The position numbers and the translations under genes are program-made. From Gemmatimonas sp. (GTDB lineage Bacteria; Gemmatimonadota; Gemmatimonadetes; Gemmatimonadales; Gemmatimonadaceae): 64,000 bases of DNA. Shown here in pieces: positions 12,701 to 21,676 of the stretch. Under the pieces are notes generated by a model, which was not told the origin of the DNA, did not search any database, and saw nothing but the letters and a program-made list of their open reading frames with translations. Numbering within the stretch: the stretch's first letter is position 1; every line of letters begins with the position of its first letter. The DNA is taken from assembly GCA_965279375.1 (NCBI GenBank), contig OZ257156.1:3488001-3552000 (forward strand), read 5' to 3'.

Positions 12701-13034
12701 GGTGGCGCTCGACCCGACGATCACGCCCGAACTGCGAGCCGAAGGATTGGCTCGTGAGATCGTCAGCCGGGTACAGCGTTTGCGAAAGGAAGCACAACTC
12801 GCGGTGAGCGATCGGATCACGGTCGCCGTGGCGGGTGATGAAGAGTTGGAAAGCGCCGTGGCCGCCCATCGGGGCCGCATCGCCGAGGAGGTCCTTGCCG
12901 TCGCGTTGTTCGTCGGTGAGGAGGCGGGCTCGCCATTCCGCGACAACGGGGATGGCTCCACGTGGACAGCGACACAGGTGGCGGACGTTGAAGGACGTCC
13001 CGTCCGACTCGCGCTCTCTAAGGAAGGAATGTGA
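9738..13034 (+). CDS. ileS: Isoleucine-tRNA ligase, type 2 (IleRS2)
   Basis: EGPPTANGRPGIHH, GWDTHGLPVE, WTTTPWTL editing motif, EGVDQTRGWFY, KMSKS; long IleRS2-type C-terminus with no C-terminal Zn finger. Confidence 0.97.
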   Translation: MTEPLYPLLPDVGADAFESELLAHWEEEKLFEATLEARKDAQPWVFFEGPPTANGRPGIHHVFARTIKDLFCRHRAMQGHFVRRKAGWDTHGLPVEIEVEKELQREEAERQGVDVSQIAKLGGKQLIEQTGVAEFNRRCRESVWKYRGEWEKLSQRTAYWLDYSDPYVTYHNDYVESVWWALRTLHDKGMLFKGHKILPYCARCGTALSSHEVAQGYDDVEDPSVYVALDLLDANGQPTPGVRRRILVWTTTPWTLVSNTALAVHPELHYVELRKKNTEPRDTAWTIILAEARVPAVLGGDWADRWEQVGAHYGSALVGLRYTRPLDWVPYPEEGRHEVIVAEDFVSAEDGSGIVHMAPAFGADDYAAGQRHGLAFLQPVNARGEFTADIPEVGGVFVKQADARIIEVLKARDVLWKATTFVHSYPHCWRCGTPLLYYARGSWFVRTTAVKDDLMARNALVNWNPSEVGSGRFGEWLANNVDWAVSRDRYWGTPLPVWVNDEDPSEIDVIGSFADLAKRLGRELSDDFDPHKPHIDSYTWPSPSGKGTMRRVPEVIDTWFDSGSMPFAQWHYPFENTELVSRQFPADFIAEGVDQTRGWFYSLIAIATGLGDALPNNGAGTAAPYKAVVVNDLVLDATGQKMSKSKGNVVNPWEVLSRHGADAVRLFLVASSQVWVPRRFDENAIRETAGRFLLTFRNVYNGIFAQYANFGWTPSDKDPAVADRPALDRWILSRLARVEREADQHLTNFDATMAARRVMQFMDDDVSKWYVRLTRARFYEVETADNRAAFATLHEVLAVTCRLLAPFAPFMTDAVHRALTGTSVHLADYVRKTPAQTDDALETAMQDIRTLAGLARAARDVADVSVRQPLLSLQCVVPGDATATAALGDLLAAELNVKSVEFVTSTDALVSLEAKANFRALGKKFAKETPLVAAAVPDMPVDLLRKLAAGRSVTIEVAGAWRLIEPDDVTIIRRASGAAVVQEDGGYGVALDPTITPELRAEGLAREIVSRVQRLRKEAQLAVSDRITVAVAGDEELESAVAAHRGRIAEEVLAVALFVGEEAGSPFRDNGDGSTWTATQVADVEGRPVRLALSKEGM

Positions 13035-13453
13035 TGGCTGGATCTACGCCGGCGAAGAAGCCCAAGGCGATGCCCAAGAAGCAGCTCGCGCACTTCGAGA
13101 AGCGTCTCCTCGAGGAGCGCAAGCGCGTCCTCAAGGAGCTCGGCCACCACGGCGATACGTTCGGCCCGAACGGCGATGCGTCCGACGGAGACTCGGGCGC
13201 GTACTCGTTCCACATGGCCGATCAGGGGACCGATGCGATGGAGCGCGAGAAGGCGTTCCTGTTCGCGTCGCAGGAAGGGCGCTTTCTCTGGCACATCGAT
13301 CAGGCGCTGCGTCGGTTGTACAAGACGCCTGAGGCCTTCGGCAAGTGCCACCAGTGCGGCGAGGATATTGCTTTCGATCGCCTCGATGCGCTGCCGCATG
13401 CCCGTTTCTGCTTCGCATGCAAGACGCGCGAAGAAGAGGCGAAGAAGGGCTGA
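13034..13453 (+). CDS. dksA: TraR/DksA C4-zinc-finger protein
   Basis: Coiled coil with HMADQGT tip, CHQC...RLDALP...CFAC zinc finger. Confidence 0.85.
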   Translation: MAGSTPAKKPKAMPKKQLAHFEKRLLEERKRVLKELGHHGDTFGPNGDASDGDSGAYSFHMADQGTDAMEREKAFLFASQEGRFLWHIDQALRRLYKTPEAFGKCHQCGEDIAFDRLDALPHARFCFACKTREEEAKKG

Positions 13454-13465
13454 CGTGAGCGCACT

Positions 13466-13999
13466 GTGAAGGCACTCGTTTCCTTGCCGGTCATCATCAC
13501 CGTCCTCCTGCTCGACATCATCTCGAAGCAGGTGGCGGTGAATGTGCTGGCACCGTCCGGCATGCCGCAGTCATTTCTGGGTGAAGTCGTGCGCTTCGCG
13601 CTCGTCTACAATCCGGGTGCGGCGTTCGGACTGTACCTCGGTGGCTACTCGCGATGGATTTTCATGGCGCTGACCTTTGGCGCGCTGATCATTCTGTGGC
13701 GCTTGTATCGCGCGGCCGAGAGCACCGATCTGCGTCGGGTGCTGGCCGTGTCGCTGGTGGCGGCCGGTGCGATGGGCAATCTCGTTGATCGTATTGCGTC
13801 GGAACTTGGCGTCGTGGATTTCATCGACGTCGGTTTCGGTGCGCATCGCTGGCCGACGTTCAACGTGGCCGACATGGCGGTCAGCGTCGGTGCGTTTTTG
13901 CTGGCGTTGGTACTGTGGCGTGAGGAGCAGCACGGTGCTCAGCAGGCCGCTCCTGCGGTCGACGCAACGGTGGCCGACGCCGTGGGGGAGTCGCGATGA
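13466..13999 (+). CDS. lspA: Lipoprotein signal peptidase II (copy 1)
   Basis: YNPGAAFG, GNLVDR, VVDFID, FNVAD motifs. Confidence 0.92.
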   Translation: MKALVSLPVIITVLLLDIISKQVAVNVLAPSGMPQSFLGEVVRFALVYNPGAAFGLYLGGYSRWIFMALTFGALIILWRLYRAAESTDLRRVLAVSLVAAGAMGNLVDRIASELGVVDFIDVGFGAHRWPTFNVADMAVSVGAFLLALVLWREEQHGAQQAAPAVDATVADAVGESR

Positions 14000-14532
14000 G
14001 TGCAACGACGACCACGGGTGAGTCGCCTGCCGCGCCGCTCGGTCGCGCGGCGTCCTCTACGCCGCAGTTCTGGGTGGTCGTGGCGATCGTGACAGTGATC
14101 GACTTCATCACCAAGGCCATCGCCGCTGAGCGGTTGGTGCCGCGTCATGTGCCGCACCCGATTATCGGCGACTTTCTGCGCTTCACGCTAGCTTACAATC
14201 CGGGTGCGGCATTCGGCATGCACCTCGGACCGGCGTCGCGTTGGATCTTTGCGACGTTGAGCGTCATCATCGTCGTCGTGCTGCTGCGCGCGACGGCCGA
14301 CCTCACGCGCGAGTCGCGTCTGGCTGCGATCGGAGTGCCGATCGTCATTGGCGGAGCGATCGGCAACTTGCTCGATCGGATTCGTTATCGGGATGGCGTA
14401 GTGGATTTCATTGACATCGGAGTGGGCGACGTGCGGTTCTGGACCTTCAACGTGGCCGACTCTGCGGTGACCGTCGGGGCAGTTTGTCTGGTGCTGGCGC
14501 TGTGGCGTCAGGACCAAGACGCGCAATCATGA
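13996..14532 (+). CDS. lspA: Lipoprotein signal peptidase II (copy 2)
   Basis: YNPGAAFG, GNLLDR, VVDFID, FNVAD motifs. Confidence 0.92.
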   Translation: MSATTTTGESPAAPLGRAASSTPQFWVVVAIVTVIDFITKAIAAERLVPRHVPHPIIGDFLRFTLAYNPGAAFGMHLGPASRWIFATLSVIIVVVLLRATADLTRESRLAAIGVPIVIGGAIGNLLDRIRYRDGVVDFIDIGVGDVRFWTFNVADSAVTVGAVCLVLALWRQDQDAQS

Positions 14533-15554
14533 GCGCCCCCGACACCGTCTACACGTTCGACATCAGCGAAGAGGCAGGAGAACGCCTCGACCTCGTGGTC
14601 GCTCGTCACTGCGACACCTCCCGCACGCAGGCTGCCACGCTCATCGCGAACGGCAACGTGCTGGTCAACGCGAAGGCGTTCAAGGCGTCGTATCGCACCG
14701 AGCCGGGCGATGCGGTGCAGGTAACCGTGCCGGCCCCGCCCGGACGCGACATCGAGCCCGAGGACATTCCGCTCAACGTCGTCTTTGAAGACGAGCATCT
14801 CGTCGTCATCGACAAGGCCGCTGGCATGGTGGTGCACCCCGCGCCCGGCAACTGGTCGGGGACGCTGGTGAACGCGCTGATGGGTCGTGGGGAGCCGTTG
14901 GCCGAAGGTGGCGGTACGGATCGTCCCGGCCTCGTGCATCGGCTCGACAAGGAAACGTCCGGGCTGTTGGTGGTGGCCAAGACCGACGCCGTTCATCGCA
15001 AGCTCAGTGCGGCCATCGCGGCGCGTCGCGTCACGCGGCGCTACGCGCTTTTGAGCTGGGGACACCTCAAGGCCGATACGCTGCGCGTGGACAAGCCGAT
15101 CGATCGCGATCCCAAGGACCGGACGCGCATGGCGATCGTGGACGGTGGCAAGCAGGCACGCACCGACTTCATGCGGCTGGCCCGCTTTGATTCCGTGGAC
15201 CTGCTGCGCGCGCATCTGCACACCGGGCGGACGCACCAGATTCGCGTCCACCTGTCGTCGGTGGGGCATCCGGTGGTTGGTGACGATACTTACGGCGGGG
15301 GCGGAGGTCGGCGACTCGCGGAGTTGCCGCCCAAGCGGTTCTTCCTGCATGCGGCGTGGCTGCGCTTTCGCCATCCGGTGACGGGAGAGCTGATGGACCT
15401 GCGCTCCCCGCTTCCCGACGACTTGCGGCGCTCCATCGCGGCCATGAGCGGGATGCCGGAACTCGCCACGACGGATGCACCGCTCGATGTCTTCCGATTC
15501 TTCCAGGCCGACGAGCCTGTCGTTCCCGAACCGACCGACGACGAACTCGAATGA
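14529..15554 (+). CDS. rluD: RluA/RluD-family 23S rRNA pseudouridine synthase
   Basis: N-terminal S4 domain, HRLDKETSG catalytic motif, TGRTHQIRVH. Confidence 0.92.
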   Translation: MSAPDTVYTFDISEEAGERLDLVVARHCDTSRTQAATLIANGNVLVNAKAFKASYRTEPGDAVQVTVPAPPGRDIEPEDIPLNVVFEDEHLVVIDKAAGMVVHPAPGNWSGTLVNALMGRGEPLAEGGGTDRPGLVHRLDKETSGLLVVAKTDAVHRKLSAAIAARRVTRRYALLSWGHLKADTLRVDKPIDRDPKDRTRMAIVDGGKQARTDFMRLARFDSVDLLRAHLHTGRTHQIRVHLSSVGHPVVGDDTYGGGGGRRLAELPPKRFFLHAAWLRFRHPVTGELMDLRSPLPDDLRRSIAAMSGMPELATTDAPLDVFRFFQADEPVVPEPTDDELE

Positions 15555-15585
15555 GGGCGTGCCGGGCGCGTCCGCGCGCTCGGCC

Positions 15586-16002
15586 ATGTTGGACGACGAA
15601 GATCGGGCTTATGACGTGGTCGTGCGTGTCGCTGACCAACGCTACGGCATCCCGGTGTCGCAGGTCCGGGAGGTGCTGCGCCCGGGAGTGATCACGCGCG
15701 TGCCCGGCGCCCCCGAGATCGTGGTGGGTATCGTCAACGTGCGGGGCGCTGTCGTCACCGTGCTGGACCTTTCCGCACTGTTGACGGGAGAACGTGCCGT
15801 CACAGCGGCCTCGATCGTCCTGCTTGAGCACGGGACCCGCCTGGTTGGGCTGGCCGTGCAATCGGTGCGCGATGTCCGCACGATCCCGAGCGATGCTGAA
15901 GCCAGCAGCCTGGAGGTCGGCGCGGACGAGGACGTCGTACCGTTGGATGCGGCCGCGTTATGTGCGCGGCATCTGCTCTCTTCCGAGGAGATGCGACAGT
16001 GA
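15586..16002 (+). CDS. cheW: CheW coupling protein
   Basis: YGIPVSQVREVL, ITRVPGAP, GIVNVRGAVVTVLDL; start uncertain (15559 GTG or 15586 ATG). Confidence 0.85.
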   Translation: MLDDEDRAYDVVVRVADQRYGIPVSQVREVLRPGVITRVPGAPEIVVGIVNVRGAVVTVLDLSALLTGERAVTAASIVLLEHGTRLVGLAVQSVRDVRTIPSDAEASSLEVGADEDVVPLDAAALCARHLLSSEEMRQ

Positions 16003-16364
16003 GCCGGACGGTACTGATTTGCGACGATGCGATCTTCATGCGCACGATGGTGGGGGATATCCTCACGCAGGCGGGCTTCGAGATCATTGGCGAAGCGGAA
16101 ACGGGTGTGCAGGCGGTCGAGAAGTATCAGCAGCTCCGTCCTGATCTGGTGACGATGGACATCGTGATGCCCGACATGGGTGGCATCGACGCGGTCCGCG
16201 AGATCACCAAGCACGATCCGACGGCGCGCATTCTCATGTGCAGCGCGATGGGCCAGCAGGCGCTGGTGGTCGAAGCGATTCAGGCCGGCGCCAAGGACTT
16301 CGTCGTCAAGCCGTTTCAGCCGAGCCGAGTGCTCGAGGCCGTGACGCGCGTCCTCGCCGCGTAA
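15999..16364 (+). CDS. cheY: Stand-alone response regulator, CheY-like
   Basis: ICDDAIFMR, VTMDIVMPDMGG (phospho-Asp), CSAMGQQ, FVVKPF; resembles Bacillus/Thermotoga-type CheY. Confidence 0.92.
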   Translation: MSRTVLICDDAIFMRTMVGDILTQAGFEIIGEAETGVQAVEKYQQLRPDLVTMDIVMPDMGGIDAVREITKHDPTARILMCSAMGQQALVVEAIQAGAKDFVVKPFQPSRVLEAVTRVLAA

Positions 16365-16398
16365 GCGGCAATCGCTCCGTCGTACCGGGACGCACGCG

Positions 16399-18306
16399 AT
16401 GGACCAAGCCCGATACGCGGAGCTCTTTCGCACCGAGTCGCGCGAGCATCTCGGCGAGATCGATGCGGCGCTGCTCGAGCTGGAACAGACGACCGATCGC
16501 ACGCGCCAGAGTGCCGCGATCGCCACACTGTTTCGCGGCACCCACACCATCAAGGGGATGGCGGGGGCGATGGGCTACGCAGTCGTCGAGCAGGTCGCGC
16601 ACGCACTGGAATCACTGCTCGAACGCATGCGGTCTGCCGGTGCATCGGTTGATCGTGCGCTGACTGCGCTGCTGTTCGATGGGAGCGACGCATTGCGTGT
16701 GGCGCTCGACGAAGCCGGCGCGGGGGATGCCCCCTCGAGTTCAGTGATCGAGGTGCTGGCACGGCTGCGCAGCACTGCGGGCGCGTCCGGTGCCGCTTCG
16801 GCCGCGCCGACGCCTGCGCCCAGTGTACCCTCGCTCGAGTCCGCGTCATCCTCGCCGACTGCAGAGACGGCCGCGATCGAGTCGCGCGTAGTCGACGTCG
16901 CACTGACTGCCGATTGTCCGCTCAAGGGCGTGCGCGCGATGCTGGTGATGGCGAGACTGCGCGCCGTGGCGACGGTGCACGCGGTGCAGCCGCCCGAAGA
17001 ACGCTGGGGCGACGAACGCTTTGACGGGGTTTTCGCCGCAAGCTTCTCCGGCGCGATCGATGCGACCGAACTCGAGGCAAGCCTGCGCGCGGCCGGTGAC
17101 GTTGCCAAGGTCCGCATTCGCGCCGCCGACCAAACGAACTCATCGCGCGCCGACAATGCGGCCATGCGCACAGTTCGTATCGACTTGCGTCGTCTCGACA
17201 CGCTGCTCGATCTGGTCGGTGAGTTGGTGATCACGCGCGACCGTTTGCTGCGCGAGACCGAACGCGCGATCGACTCGGGAGCAAACCGAGCGCTCGCGCG
17301 CGCTGCGCAGGACACGGCGCGACTGGTGAGTGCGTTGCAGGACGAAGTGCTGCAGGCGCGCATGGTGCCCGTTGGCCAGGTGTTCGACCGCTTCCCGCGT
17401 CTCGTGCGTGACGTGGCGCGCGAACTGGGCAAGGAAGTGCACTTCACCACAGAAGGGCGCGACCTCGAACTCGATCGATCACTCATCGATGCCATCGGTG
17501 ATCCGATCGTGCATCTGCTGCGCAACGCGCTCGATCATGGCATCGAGGAGCCCGCGCAGCGACGGGCGGCGGGAAAGCCGTCTACGGGTGAGTTGGTGCT
17601 ACGCGCCGGCCGTGACCGCGCAACAGTGGTGCTGCAGGTGGAGGACGACGGTGGTGGCATCGATCGCTTGGCGATTCTCGCGCGGGCGCAGGAGCAGCAG
17701 ATCGTAAGCGCAGACCTGACCACCCTCGACGACGATCAGCTGCTGATGGTTCTCGCACACCCGGGCTTCTCGACGGCGCGCGCGGTCACGGCGATCTCGG
17801 GACGAGGCGTGGGTGTCGATGTCGTCATGACGCGGGTGCGCGCGCTGGGCGGCACGCTGGAGGTGGAGACGCTCGAAGGGCAGGGCACCGTGTTCACGTT
17901 GCGCCTGCCGGCAACACTGGCCATCACGCGCGCGCTGCTGGTGCACGTAGGTGACGAAACGTACGCATTGCCTGCCGCACATGTGATCGAAGTCGCAGAA
18001 TACACGCCCGGCACGATCGTCACGGAGCAGGCGCACGAGCGCATGATGTGGCGTGATGAAATGCTGCCAGTGGTCCACCTTCGCGAGCGTTTCGGACACG
18101 CGCGCGCCGAACGTGAAACGTTTGTTGCCATCGTCGAATCGGCGGGACGACGCGCGGCATTGTTCGTTGATGCATTGCTCGCGCAACAGGACATCGTGGT
18201 CAAGCCGCTCGACGTGGTGCGTGGAAGTAGCGCGCTGTTCAGCGGCGCGACTGTGCTCGGTGACGGTAGCCCCGCACTCATCGTCGATGTAGGCGCGTTC
18301 TGCTGA
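16399..18306 (+). CDS. cheA: Chemotaxis histidine kinase CheA
   Basis: Hpt FRGTHTIKGMA, P2-like region, dimerisation LDLVGELVI, HLLRNALDHG, EDDGGGID, GFSTA, SGRGVG, C-terminal CheW-like P5. Confidence 0.95.
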   Translation: MDQARYAELFRTESREHLGEIDAALLELEQTTDRTRQSAAIATLFRGTHTIKGMAGAMGYAVVEQVAHALESLLERMRSAGASVDRALTALLFDGSDALRVALDEAGAGDAPSSSVIEVLARLRSTAGASGAASAAPTPAPSVPSLESASSSPTAETAAIESRVVDVALTADCPLKGVRAMLVMARLRAVATVHAVQPPEERWGDERFDGVFAASFSGAIDATELEASLRAAGDVAKVRIRAADQTNSSRADNAAMRTVRIDLRRLDTLLDLVGELVITRDRLLRETERAIDSGANRALARAAQDTARLVSALQDEVLQARMVPVGQVFDRFPRLVRDVARELGKEVHFTTEGRDLELDRSLIDAIGDPIVHLLRNALDHGIEEPAQRRAAGKPSTGELVLRAGRDRATVVLQVEDDGGGIDRLAILARAQEQQIVSADLTTLDDDQLLMVLAHPGFSTARAVTAISGRGVGVDVVMTRVRALGGTLEVETLEGQGTVFTLRLPATLAITRALLVHVGDETYALPAAHVIEVAEYTPGTIVTEQAHERMMWRDEMLPVVHLRERFGHARAERETFVAIVESAGRRAALFVDALLAQQDIVVKPLDVVRGSSALFSGATVLGDGSPALIVDVGAFC

Positions 18307-18395
18307 GCGAACACGCGCCTGTAGTCCAGCTGGATTCCGAACGACTACCGATCTGACGTGATCGTTGCGCTGCCCGAACTGAAAGCGGAGTGAAG

Positions 18396-19016
18396 ATGGA
18401 GGCGATTCGGTCGCTCAAGACGATACAGCTCGATGCGCTGCGCGAAACGGCGAACATCGGCGCGGGGCACGCCGCAACGGCGCTGTCGCAGATGACGGGC
18501 AGCACGATCATGATCAAGGTGCCCGCGATCAGCATCGCCAGCATCGATGATCTCCCCGCGCAGTTCACGGACGAAGAGGAGCCGGTCGCCGCGGTGCTCA
18601 TGCACATGCTCGGCGATTTGAGTGGACGCACCCTGCTCGTCTTTCCGCGTCCGACGGTGATGCGTCTTGCGGAACTGATGCTGCGTCGTCCCGTGGGCTC
18701 GTCGCTCGCGCTCGGTGAGCTGGAGACCTCGGCCATCAAGGAAGCGGGCAATATTCTCAGCGGCGCGTACATGAACGCGCTCAGCGACTTCCTCGGCATG
18801 CTGCTCCTCCCGTCACCGCCCACGCTGGTGATCGACATGTCCACGGCCGTGTTGAGCAGCGCCTTCGCCGAGTTTGCACCGGACCCGGACGCGATCATTT
18901 GCGTCGAGAGCGAGTTCATGCTCACCGAGACCGGTCACACGCTCCGCGGATTCTTCTTGCTTTTGCCGGACCCCGCGTCGCTGCAGGTGATGTTGCGCGC
19001 ACTGCGTCTCGCGTAA
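18396..19016 (+). CDS. cheC: CheC phosphatase
   Basis: Two E-x2-N motifs: ETANIGAGHAATALSQM and EAGNILSGAYMNALSD. Confidence 0.92.
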   Translation: MEAIRSLKTIQLDALRETANIGAGHAATALSQMTGSTIMIKVPAISIASIDDLPAQFTDEEEPVAAVLMHMLGDLSGRTLLVFPRPTVMRLAELMLRRPVGSSLALGELETSAIKEAGNILSGAYMNALSDFLGMLLLPSPPTLVIDMSTAVLSSAFAEFAPDPDAIICVESEFMLTETGHTLRGFFLLLPDPASLQVMLRALRLA

Positions 19017-19039
19017 CCCGCAGGTCAGGCGCAGTGCAG

Positions 19040-21676
19040 ATGGAGCCGATGGCCCCCGGAGGACGCGACGCCGAGCTGCTGCGCGCGATGCTGACGCGCA
19101 TCGATCAGCAGGACCCGGGTGCGTTCAACAACCTCGGCGTGCTGTATCACAGCAAGGGACTCTACGCCGAGGCGGTGGACGCCTTCCTGCGCGCGCTTGC
19201 CCTCGATCCTCGCATGCGGACGGCGGCGCGCAACCTCGAGATTGCGGCGACACGCGACGGTGCCTGCGACTCGCGTCTTGCGAGTTTAGCGGCCCGGCTG
19301 GAGATCGATGCAGACGACGTGGTGGCGCTGCGTGAGCGTGCGCGGCTGCTGCGACTCATCGGCCGCCACACGGAGGCCTCGCAACAACTCGACGCGCTGA
19401 TCGCGGCCGATCCCGACGATACCGCCTCACTCTTCGAGCGCGGACTGATCGAGCAGCGTGCGGGCGACCTGCGTCGCGCGCAGCGGTGGTTCGAGCGCGC
19501 AGTGAACGTGTCCTCCGGTGATCCGATTCCGCGGCTGCATCTCGCCGAGGTGCTGTACCAGCGAGGGCAGAACGAGCAGGCGCTGGAGGCGCTCGAGTCG
19601 CTGTTGACGTTGTGGCCGAACATGGCCGATGCGCACCTGCTGCACGGCTTCGTGCTCGGCGACATGGGGCGCCACGAGGCCGCACGCGATGCGTCGCGCA
19701 AGGCCTCTGCGCTCAACCCGTCGTTGCAGACACTGCAGCCCGATCTCTCGCTCGACGGTGGTGTGGCTCCGATTCCGTACGCACCCGTTCAGCGCGATGT
19801 CCCCGCTGAAGGCGCGTTGGCACGCTACGGACTTGGTCTGGCGTTTCGTCAGCGTGGCTACTTCGACGAAGCCCGCCGCGAGTTCGAGCGAGCGCTCGCG
19901 CAGGGTGAGGATGCGCGCCTTGCACGACACGCGATTGCCGAGCTCGATCTCGTCGCCGGTCGTTTCGCGGATGCTCGCGCCGCGTACGAACAGCTGCTGC
20001 AGGAGCAGGCCGACCAGCCGCGGCTCTGGAACGAGCGCGGCGCGGCGCTGCATCAGGGCGGTGATGTCGAAGGCGCGGCGGAGAGCTATCGACGTGCGCT
20101 GCGCATCGATCCGCGCTACGCAATTGCGTACAACAATCTTGGCGTCGCGCTTTCCGATCTCGGCGAGGCGTCGGCCGCGCGCGAGGCACTCTTGCGTGCG
20201 GTGGAGCTGGATGCTGCGCTCGCACGCCCCAAGCTGAATCTGGCACGCTGGTACGTGCGCCATCGCGATCCACTGGCCGCGCTGTCGTTGTTGCGCGAGT
20301 TCGTGGCGTTCCACGCGGACAATGCTGACGCGTGGCATGACCTGGGTGTCGTCTTTCAGCTGCTGCATCGCACCGATGAAGCCCGCGATGCGCTGGCGCG
20401 TGCCATCGAGCTGCGTCCCGATCACGCCGAGGCGCGGTACGCGCTGGCGCAGGTGCTGGCATCGTTGGGAGATGACGATGGCGCGCTGCGCGAGACGCAG
20501 CGTGCGTTGGGGCTCGCCCCGGTTCGTGTGGAGCCGCGACTGATCATCGTGATCGCGTTGCAACTCGAGTGTCCTGAAGCGGCTGGTCTGCTGGATCTGC
20601 TGGCGATCGCCGCGGATGTGCCGCTTGCCGGTGTGTCGCTCGACGAGCAGACGGTCGCCGGGTTGCTGCCGCAGTTGGAGCCAGTCGCGCCAATTGCCAT
20701 CGTCGACGATGTGGCCGCGCGAATCACGCGATTCTGCGAAGAGGGCGATGCCTTCGCCGCGCGGCGACTGCATGGCGAGGCCGGCGATCGTTACGCAGCC
20801 GCGCGCGGCTTACTGGAGGGCGAAGGGCTTCCTGCGATCAGCGGCGACGGCTCGCTGGGGCCGCTGTGGCATCGTGCGGTCGTTGGCGAGGCGCGCTCGC
20901 TCTGCCTGCTTGGCTCGGGACATCATGCGATGTCGCGACTGCGCGGTCTCGCGGCGCAGTATCCGGAGGACGCCGAAGTTGTGGCGCTCTTCGCGTCGAG
21001 TGCTGCCGCGGCTGCAGCCCGTCAGGAGGCACCGGCTGAGGTCGTACCAGTGCTGCTGCGTCGGCTGCTGCGGCTGGAAACCGACAGTGCGGCACTGCTG
21101 CACTTCGCAGGCGACACGGCGGTGAGTATCGGAGATGGCGTCCTCGCGCTCGCCTGCTACCGGCGTGCGCTCGCGATCGACCCAACTCGGCCATCGCCGC
21201 GCGTGGCCATCGCGCGCGTGTTACGTCATCGGGGCGATCTGCAGGCCGCACGGCTGGAGCTCGTAGCGGCGCTGGCGACTGCGCCGGAGTTCCGCGATGC
21301 GCTGTTGGAGTTGGCGCGCGTGAACCTCGCGACGCGAACGGTGCGCGAGTCTGTCGCCGGACTCACGCGACATCTCGCTGCCGTACCGACAGACCTCGAC
21401 GCGCTCGTGCTGCTGATCGAACTGCTCGTGGCAGTTGACCGTGATGCTGACGCGCGTGTGGCGGTCAGTCGCGTGCTCCGGCATGACGCAGAGCATGTCG
21501 GTGCGCTCTGGTTTGACGGGGTTTTGCTCGCTCGACAGTCGCGCATGCGCGAAGCCGTCGATCGGTGGATGCGGGTGCAGCGTTCTTCCGATGACGAATT
21601 CGCGCCGCGTGCGACGAAGGCATTGGCGAAGGTCGAGGAACGTGAGCAGCTGAGCGATCTGCGGAAGGCTTCGTGA
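19040..21676 (+). CDS. Large TPR-repeat protein (~880 aa)
   Basis: Many TPR units (AFNNLGVLY, AYNNLGVAL, AWHDLGVVF, ARYGLGLAF); no signal peptide; start inferred. Confidence 0.85.
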   Translation: MEPMAPGGRDAELLRAMLTRIDQQDPGAFNNLGVLYHSKGLYAEAVDAFLRALALDPRMRTAARNLEIAATRDGACDSRLASLAARLEIDADDVVALRERARLLRLIGRHTEASQQLDALIAADPDDTASLFERGLIEQRAGDLRRAQRWFERAVNVSSGDPIPRLHLAEVLYQRGQNEQALEALESLLTLWPNMADAHLLHGFVLGDMGRHEAARDASRKASALNPSLQTLQPDLSLDGGVAPIPYAPVQRDVPAEGALARYGLGLAFRQRGYFDEARREFERALAQGEDARLARHAIAELDLVAGRFADARAAYEQLLQEQADQPRLWNERGAALHQGGDVEGAAESYRRALRIDPRYAIAYNNLGVALSDLGEASAAREALLRAVELDAALARPKLNLARWYVRHRDPLAALSLLREFVAFHADNADAWHDLGVVFQLLHRTDEARDALARAIELRPDHAEARYALAQVLASLGDDDGALRETQRALGLAPVRVEPRLIIVIALQLECPEAAGLLDLLAIAADVPLAGVSLDEQTVAGLLPQLEPVAPIAIVDDVAARITRFCEEGDAFAARRLHGEAGDRYAAARGLLEGEGLPAISGDGSLGPLWHRAVVGEARSLCLLGSGHHAMSRLRGLAAQYPEDAEVVALFASSAAAAAARQEAPAEVVPVLLRRLLRLETDSAALLHFAGDTAVSIGDGVLALACYRRALAIDPTRPSPRVAIARVLRHRGDLQAARLELVAALATAPEFRDALLELARVNLATRTVRESVAGLTRHLAAVPTDLDALVLLIELLVAVDRDADARVAVSRVLRHDAEHVGALWFDGVLLARQSRMREAVDRWMRVQRSSDDEFAPRATKALAKVEEREQLSDLRKAS

